DNA of 42,750 nt from Asterionella formosa (lineage: Eukaryota): NCBI GenBank assembly GCA_002256025.1, contig NKIB01014529.1:1-42750 (forward strand). Direction: 5' to 3'. Shown piece by piece: positions 35,034 to 42,750 of the stretch. Each line of letters opens with the position of its first letter. Position 1 is the stretch's first letter. A model generated the notes under the pieces. The model was not told where the DNA came from. It was given only the letters and a program-made list of their open reading frames with translations, and did no database searches. The translations under genes and the position numbers were made by a program.

Positions 35034-36118
35034 CTACAACTTGCCATCCCGATAGTCCTGAAGCAAGGACACAAATTCTTGTTTATCAAACAACCCTACA
35101 GCCTTGTGACTCAATCCAGCCTTTTGAATGGCCACACGTAGTTCCTTCACCGACATGTCCTTGGCTTCCTTGACTTTAATATTGCAAGTACCATCCACGG
35201 GAAGGACCTTGGATAAAAAAGCTTTCACATCTTTCAATTCGTCCATATTGATTGAATGTTGCAAGCCAGGATAGGATTTCAATTCATACGCCGTAGCACC
35301 ACGATCCAACAAGAGCTGCTTTGTTTTTTGTGCAATGGCATGTGTCACCAATGGATCAGACATGCCATGACAATGCAATGTTGGGGTCTGAGGGTGCTTC
35401 ATGGACAATTGAGATACTGCAGGAACGTACGCAGAAAGGCACACAATCCCAGCCAGCTGCTGTGGCAATTGAAATCCAGTAAAGAGAGACAGGGCTCCGC
35501 CTTGAGAAAATCCCATCAACACCATGCGCTGATAGGGCAGACCAGTCATCACATGTTCAGTTTCCAAAATGGATTCGAGAGTGGTTCGACTATCTTGTAT
35601 TCCAACACAATTCTCATTCGACCGCTCGTCCAAGCCAGTAATATCATACCAACTAGGCATGGGCATGCCCATATTCATAGTCACTCGCTGCGTCGGTGCT
35701 GTGGGGAGGATGACTTTGAGGTAGGGGAATTGGGAAGCAATCATCTGTTGTTTGTGTGGGAAGGGTGTTGTGTCGGTATGCGTGTATTAGTTTGACAGAT
35801 CGAAAGGCCTCTCTCTCTCTCACATACACACACACACACACACACGTAGTAACGTACCTCACCGACATCCACCAATCCTTCCGCTGTATCACCAAGGCCA
35901 TGAGAAATCACGACCAATCCACTTTGGGTTTCTTCCTTTTTGGGAGAAATCGTAATCGTCCCGCCATTTCGTACAGTTACAAAACTCATGCTTCGTGATG
36001 TTGTTGCTGTTGCTGTTGCTGTTGTACTAGGACTGCAGGATGTCAAGGTAACAAAAAGAGGAAACACTAGAGAACAACGACGACGACAAGATGTGAAGAA
36101 GAAGGAAGATGGCAGCAT
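35034..36118 (-). CDS. Acyl-protein thioesterase / lysophospholipase (APT1/LYPLA-like, Abhydrolase_2) with a C-terminal SAP/HeH-like extension (intron 35857-35745; alternative start 35989)
   Basis: 'HGLGDT', 'PTAP..VTMNMGMPMPSWYDI', nucleophile motif 'GFSQGGA', 'HGMSDPLV', 'YPGLQHS'; phase-0 intron GTACGT...AACAG. Confidence 0.92.
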
Positions 36119-36400
36119 TGCTTGATGTTGTGTATACCGGTACATAGTGGTTTGTGCTGTATGTCGTTATTCGCATATTTATGTAGTCTACTTGTAATGC
36201 CGGTACACATCATTTGCAGTATGTATATATATCAAGTGCTGGTACCATGAGTACCGGTTTGTTAGTTAGCTACCGGTATATACCGGTAGTATGACGATAC
36301 TACGAAATGGATACGAAGGACTGTGCGTGACAGGGATTTCTGTTGTTCCTCCGGCTGGTACCTGGTACTGGTACTCCACCCACCAGGTAACCTCGTACCT

Positions 36401-36490
36401 GCAAGTTGCGGTCATTTTGCTTCAACAAACATTTTAATCTGGGATTAAGATAGCTAAATCTTTAGTTTCAGCAAAATTACCGCAACTTGC
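36401..36490. mobile_element. 90-bp MITE-like element with 21-bp terminal inverted repeats
   Basis: Left GCAAGTTGCGGTCATTTTGCT versus right AGCAAAATTACCGCAACTTGC (1 mismatch); internal TTAATC-tgg-GATTAA palindrome; a further TIR copy at 9667. Confidence 0.75.
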
Positions 36491-37376
36491 TACATAATGG
36501 CATCAATCGTACTTTTTGTGCTGCCTTATTCGAAATAGCTAAAATAATTTTCTAAAATACGTATACCACCTCCCAAAATTTGCTTTTTTAGATAGTAAGT
36601 GGCAATCAGGGAACTCATAAATGGATACATTTATGTTTATCATAGAATGTGGTCTCTGTTCACGTAATTTTAGTATCAAAAATTCATTCTGGTTGCAGAT
36701 CGGACGGTATTTTCTTTGATATAGATTGATTTTACCAAAACAAATGTTAATTTGTAAATTCAATGAGACAATAGTATTTACATTCGGGAAGCTTCGTTCA
36801 AACACTTTTTTACTTGTGTCGTAGGAATAGATTCAGCTAAATATCTCGATTACCTGAATTTCCGGGGTCCTCCGATACTTGGTACCAGGCACGGGTAATG
36901 CGATTACGGACATGCTGGTACATGCGTTTAGCGATGTCCTTAAATGAATCGGTAGCTATACAATAGGTATATATATCACAAGACAAGCGCGCAAGTTTAG
37001 TTGCTGTGAGCACACGCACTGAAGGCAGAAGGTCTTGAAAATAAATCACGGTTACATTCTCTCAAAAAACCCAAGCTAAAATTCTCAACCGGCTGGTGAG
37101 CTTGACATGTACTTCTGTACTACGATACCGGTAGTCAAGAGAGAAGAAGGGCTTATATGTGGCTGGAATAGATTTATAATGCACGTTATTCGCACTCTTA
37201 CTGTACAGTATTACCACAGGCAGGTCTAGTATACTGTAGTCTATCAATGTGTGCATACCGGTAATACACTAAAAGCATATTTTATAAATGTCGTGTCGAT
37301 TAGAACTGTCAAACTATCCCTCGCGGTTCCACAGTTGATCGCCGACAAAGTAACAACCACCACTCTCTTCCTAATC

Positions 37377-38047
37377 ATGGCGACCAGCGGAGCTCTTCCA
37401 CGGAGAATTGTAAAGGTACGCAGCATCCATCAGCGACGCTTCTACGATCAACGCTGGTCATGTGTGAACCAAGACTTCCGTGTGGTGACACAGGACATTC
37501 CTCGTTGCTTGAGTCAAAGGAGTCGAGTTGTTGGTGATCGACATCAGCTCCTCACTACGTACTCCAGAATTTTTTCAATGGTTGACTAATCTTATGTAAT
37601 GTTCGCTTCCCCTCTCAGGAAACTCAACGTCTCATTGCAGAGCCAGTCGCCGGCATTAGCGCGACTCCCTACGAAGATAACTTGAGGTACTTTGCAGTTG
37701 CCATTGAAGGTCCTCCCGACAGTCCGTATGAAAAGGGGATTTTTCAATTGGAATTGTTTTTACCGGCCGATTATCCGATGGCCCCACCCAAGGTGCGATT
37801 TTTGACCAAGATATATCACCCTAATGTTGATAAGCTGGGGCGCATTTGCCTGGACATTCTCAAGGACAAATGGTCGCCGGCGTTGCAAATTAGGACCGTG
37901 TTGTTGTCAATTCAAGCACTGTTGAGTGCGCCCAATCCAGATGACCCGTTGGATAACAACGTGGCGGAAGTTTGGAAAAAAGATGAAGCAGAAGCCATTC
38001 GACGAGCAAGAGAATTTACGGAATCCTTTGCTATGAAGTCAAAATAA
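37377..38047 (+). CDS. UBC13: Ubiquitin-conjugating enzyme E2 N (Ubc13), 155 aa (exons 37377-37415, 37619-38047)
   Basis: '[20 protein letters not shown]', '[60 protein letters not shown]'; phase-0 intron 37416-37618. Confidence 0.97.
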
Positions 38048-38625
38048 GAAAAAAGTACAAAGGGAGAACGCAAAACACCAGTGACTACGAGCACCAAATA
38101 CAAAATCCATTCGTTGAAGTAGCCCCAAACATGTACATCACACATGCTCAGATTATGCTGGAACCATTTTGTAGTTCATATGTGCTTAACGAGTCTTGTC
38201 GTAACTACTTTGATAGGTAATAATAAAGTAACTGCAACAGAGGGAATGCTGCCTAACGTAGATATTTCCATTTATATATTCCAATGGATGTCCTATGGAA
38301 CATTCCTCCAAATCACAAACCTTGATCCTGGCAGTCGTTTGCAGGGGTATGTGAATCATCCGAAAATGACATTGGATGAAGCTATCGCTCATGTGACCCA
38401 CAAAACCGTTGAATCAATTATGGAGAGATACATAACTAAATTTGGCCGGCCAACTATCATCCCCTGTCCACTTCTCAAATAGGTGATGGGATATCAAATC
38501 TCCATAACGTATACCTATCGTTCAATAAAATTGTTGTTCTTAAACTATAGTGCAATGATTTCTAACATTGATTTGCTGATTGTCCCCCATGAGCAAAAGG
38601 TCAAGAGTAGTGATAACAATTCAAT

Positions 38626-41600
38626 CTATTCATCATTGAGGGATACAAGGGCAGTGCGGCGTTTCTTCTGTGGAGGCGGGCGTGGCTTACCAGCAACATT
38701 AGAAGTATTTTGTGCTCCCGATCGAGTAGCACCTGAAGAAGTAGGCCGAGGCCTACTTGCCACGATGATTGGATCATTCTCCTTGTCTGACTCCTTGTCC
38801 GGGCTGGGTTCCGACTCAGTGCCAGAATCTGTATCGATGGCCAATGTGGACCCCAACAGACTTGTTTGCTTGTCATTGTCGTCATCAAGTTCTGCTGGTT
38901 CCTCAGACGCGCTTTCTTCATCTGTCTCGTCATCTTCTGTTTCCTTCAAGTTGGCATCGCCGTCAAAGGACTTTTCACCGTCGTCATCATCGTCATCGTC
39001 CACAATAAAATCGGTTGTGCTTGTCTCCTCGTCCTCTTCATCATCTAAGACTTCCCTCTCCACTTTGCCTCCATTTTTGCTCCCTCCTTTGCAAGAAATC
39101 CCTTTTTTGCTGGAAATTGCTTCATTGTTGTCGACAGCTTCATTGTCCGATTCTTCGGCTTCTACGAGTTCATCGAATTCTTGGATGGCTTCGAGCTCCT
39201 TCATTGCTTGACGTTCCTCTTCTTCTTGTGCACGTTCTTGGATCAAGCTCCAGGTAACTTCTAAACCAAAAACGAACGAGACAGAATCATAGCCCTTCAT
39301 TGCAGCTCGAAACACAGGATCGTCAACAGTGTCAGTGCTATAGTGATGCGACCAACTACGCATATTCTCTTCATCGGGCATTCCAATCTGCTCCTGGTAG
39401 TCATCACCTCGCTCATCCGATACGGCGGAAGCACAGACAATTGCGTCGTCGCCATTTTCATCAGCGGGATCCTGCTCATCAGAGTCAGATTTCATAGACA
39501 TGAGCAGCGGGACAAGGTTCGTCCACTCCTCCACCCACCAACTCTGCAGTCGACGAGCAACATCAGCAATCTCCTGACCAGGAGACCAAACCTTCATTAT
39601 GTTGGAAAATATGCGATTGACATCCTTAGAAAAAGTTGAAACACTTTCGTACGAGTTGGAATGTTCAACAGGAAGCTCGAGTCGCTTTCGTATGATAGCA
39701 AGGTCCATCGGCTGCTTGACAAGTCTTTCCCATTCCTCCTTCGTGCTTCCGTGATCTTCAGGATTTATTGCCTTGGCAATGTGTTCCCCTCCATCTTGTT
39801 CTAACATCTTTATCAAAAGTTCCTTGCAAGCTTTCAACTTCTTAGGCAACACCTTCTTACTTTCCAACTCAGCATTATCAGCAATAATTTTGCACCGCTC
39901 GCATTGAAGCTTATCATGAGTATCAGATGGAGTTCCACATCTAAGCTTGAAAAGATTCCGTAAGTCTTTGGTACTTAGTGCATTCACTTGTTCTTTGTCG
40001 TCAACAACCGACTGAAGCCCCTCCTTTGAAAGCTGACGCTGAAATATCTTTTCCTCGACTGTTCCAGTTGCAAGAAATCGATATGTGAAGCATCTCTTTT
40101 TCTGACCATCACGCCAGCAGCGAGCAGCAGCCTGCTTGTCCACAGCAGGGTTCCAGTCAGGATCGAACAATACCAATCGATTGCCACCAATAAGATTTAA
40201 ACCACAGCCACCAGCCTTACTAGAGAGCAAAAATGCCACAAGTGGTGTACAGGGATCGTTGAATTCGTCAACCATCTTTTGACGCTTCTTCATTGAAATA
40301 CTACCATCTAGACGACAAAATCCCCAAGAATTCTCGCGACACATTTTTCCAATGAGATCGAGTGTCTGAGTATAGTTCGACACGATCACAATCTTATCGG
40401 CCCCGTTGCCAGGTTTTCGCATCTCACGCATCAATCTATACAATACAAACATTTTTCCGCTCCACTCGGGATGGACGGGGGAATTTTTCCCAGAAGATGG
40501 AAGAAACTTGGCAATGCCATCGACTCCCGCCATGGGTTTCTTGTCTTCGTTTCCGTCCTCCGAATAATTCGATTGTTTCGAGCATGCTCGCCGACCACCA
40601 GTACTTCTAGCTTCCTCTTCAACAATCAAGCTTGGGTGGTTACAGAGCTTCATCAACATTTGAATGTATCCAAGGCAATTTGCCTGCTTGCCACTCATCA
40701 CGTGTTGCAAATCCTTGGAGTTGACAAGGTGCTGGTAAACGTTTTCTTGCATAGGTGTCAAGTTGCAACAGACAACTTGAACAAGTTTTGGAGGTAGGTG
40801 CTCAGCATTTAGGGTGTTGACACGACGAAGAATAAACTCATTCACAATAGAGGACATGTCGTTTTGTATCTGCTGCATTCTTTTCTTTTGAGCGTCAGTC
40901 GCATCCGGCTCTCGGCCTCGAAGAATTGGAAATAACATATTTCTTCTAAATTCCTCTTGACTTCCAAGGATACCAGGATTTGTGAAATCCACCATAGCGA
41001 AGAATTCTTGTAGATCATTCTGCATTGGAGTTCCTGTCAACAAAACACGGCGCTTGACTGGTAACGATGCCAGAGCCTTGGAGGTTTGGTTCTCACTGTT
41101 CTTTAGGCGATGGGCTTCATCACAGACGAGCAAATCACAACAATCCTTGTGCTTGATGAGCCTTGTCACGTGCGTCCTAATCGTTTCGTAGCTAACAATG
41201 AGGATGTTAAACATTCTAGTTTTGACGAAAATGTCAAGATTCTTCTCGACTGTCTTCTTGTCGGACTCTGCGAGCGCCAGTGTTTTGACGACACCTGGAC
41301 CGAGCCACTTGACAAATTCATTTTCCCAATTCTTGACCAAGGAGCAAGGGCAAACAACTATAACACGTTTGGCAGTAGGTTCTTTGTTTGCGGTGATGGA
41401 AGTCTTTAGAAGAGTGTAAATAAGGCATACAGACTGGAGTGTTTTACCGAGACCCATATCATCCGCAAGAATGCAACCTTGACCCTTGAAATCCCGGAGG
41501 CCCATGACGCACTGATAACAGAATAATACACCTTCTCGCTGATGCTCTCTGAGCCATTTGGCTAAAACTGGAGGTACGAAGACGCTTTCTTTGGCATATG

Positions 41601-42318
41601 CTTGTATGGGGGCTAGTGTATCGATGAAATAGGGTTGAGGGACGCAAAACAAAATGGGCTACAATCATCGAAAACTTGATGCCGACAATTTGGACTCACC
41701 TGGACGAACAACTGTGAGCTCTTCTTCGACCCCATATTCATCGGGAATAACTTCTTTTACTCTATTTACGGTAAAGGTTGAGAGCATGGTAAGAAGCAGC
41801 ATGGTTCATTCATCAAAAAAGTCTGTTGATGCGACTTACAATTGTGGCGGCAAGCCCTTGGGCTCGCCTCCTTCGTGGGGACTTTCCCATAAGCGCAACG
41901 GTTCAAATGGTCGTTCCGGTGCTTTAGATTCTTCTGATTCACTTCCACTCTCTTCACTTGTATTGCCATCACATCCTCCCCGAACTGGCAACTTGAACGA
42001 CAGTCCACGACCCGCGCGCGCCATGAGCTTTTGCATCCCGTTCATTCGTTTGCGTTGTCCCAAACTGCTTTGCTGCAGTGCTTCATCGGCTCGTTGCGTA
42101 TACCCTCGACGTTTGATACTTGGTCTCTGAAAGCCCCTTTGAATGCCTAGTCCTGGCATAAGAGGAGCCTTGCGAATCATCATTTTCGCCCCTGGCTGAA
42201 ATAGTGAGTTTGACTTTCCGGGCAAACTGCTGCAGCTAAGTAGCGACGGCGCTGGACCGTTCAAGCGACGCCCATCAGGCCCAAAGGAAGAACCGCTCTT
42301 TTTGCGACCGACGAGCAT
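38626..42318 (-). CDS. RAD54: RAD54 family SNF2 DNA translocase with an inserted bromodomain and acidic tail (exons ~42318-41840, 41761-41700, 41612-38626; start uncertain)
   Basis: 'LAKWLREHQREGV..GCILADDMGLGKTLQ', 'CDEAHRLKN', 'TGTPMQNDL', 'PILRGRE', 'KIVIVSNYTQTLD', 'LLSSKAGGCGLNLIGGNRLVLFDPDWNPA..QAAARCWRDGQKK', 'EEKIFQRQ..K', 'SDTHD..C..C'. Introns 41839-41762 (phase 2) and 41699-41613 (phase 1) keep the frame. Confidence 0.93.
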
Positions 42319-42750
42319 TCTGGGAGAAAAGTACAGCAGCAAAGTCAGTTGCTGGAATGAGATCAGAACAGGTCAGAAACCACGACAAAGGCAAAAAGAG
42401 TGAGCATAAATATATTAACTACAATTTGATGGTATATTTACCGCTATATGTACCAGGGTGGTACATGCAAAAAATTCAACCCCCAGTGCAACCATTTATG
42501 TCCGTAGTGAAAGCTAGTGTACTAGCAGTCAACTAGCACTGTGTACAAAGGTAAACTACAAGCTACCCTGGTACCGGTATTAAAAGGCATGACCAAATTC
42601 ATGAAACAACGTTTCGACTTCACTATGGCTCAACAGTGCAGCATAACCAGTTTGAGGCGCTTGCAAGTTGCAAACAAGTGCCACAACTGGGAGTTGATAT
42701 TCTTTGTAATTCAAGCCTAATGAACAACCACATCGAATCGCAAAATGTGC

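Noticed and set aside
38483..39211. 242-aa plus-strand Ser-rich ORF
   Set aside because: It is the antisense shadow of the acidic RAD54 tail.
37377..42318. UBC13 next to RAD54 as a DNA-repair gene cluster
   Set aside because: A convergent pair in a compact genome; without synteny or co-expression data, chance adjacency is sufficient.
42320..42470. Additional upstream coding exon for RAD54
   Set aside because: There is an acceptor-like CCCAG at 42320, but the nearest donor/ATG combination is out of frame; it may be a 5' UTR intron and cannot be resolved here.

Overview
Eukaryotic nuclear DNA, most likely a diatom, judging from short GT-AG introns of about 80-200 nt, a diatom-type bipartite plastid presequence, diatom-like FNR and CoDi-like copia elements. 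About 13 host genes alternate with AT-rich or transposon-derived stretches. The genes are: a Ubl plus Tudor-knot-like protein, an intronless PAS-PAS hybrid histidine kinase, a membrane protein of unknown function, a GT32 glycosyltransferase, a small Ubl-like ORF, a Zwint/Sos7-like coiled-coil protein, a small APC16-like protein, a mitochondrial cold-shock/Gly-rich protein, a small single-pass protein, an acyl-protein thioesterase, UBC13, RAD54 and a fusion gene. Mobile DNA includes a pogo/Fot1-type DDE transposase, a complete but internally deleted copia element with both LTRs and a TSD, a decayed Harbinger transposase, a 3' copia fragment with its LTR, and a 90-bp MITE. The three most striking observations are: (1) a plastid-targeted, in-frame fusion of a 'small multidrug export'-type membrane domain to a complete ferredoxin-NADP+ reductase, i.e. 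a potentially self-anchoring FNR; (2) a non-canonical bromodomain inserted inside the C-terminal zinc motif of RAD54; (3) palindromic GGTACC/CCWGGTA/ACCGGT arrays found throughout the intergenic DNA. All calls come from reading motifs by eye; no database searches were run.
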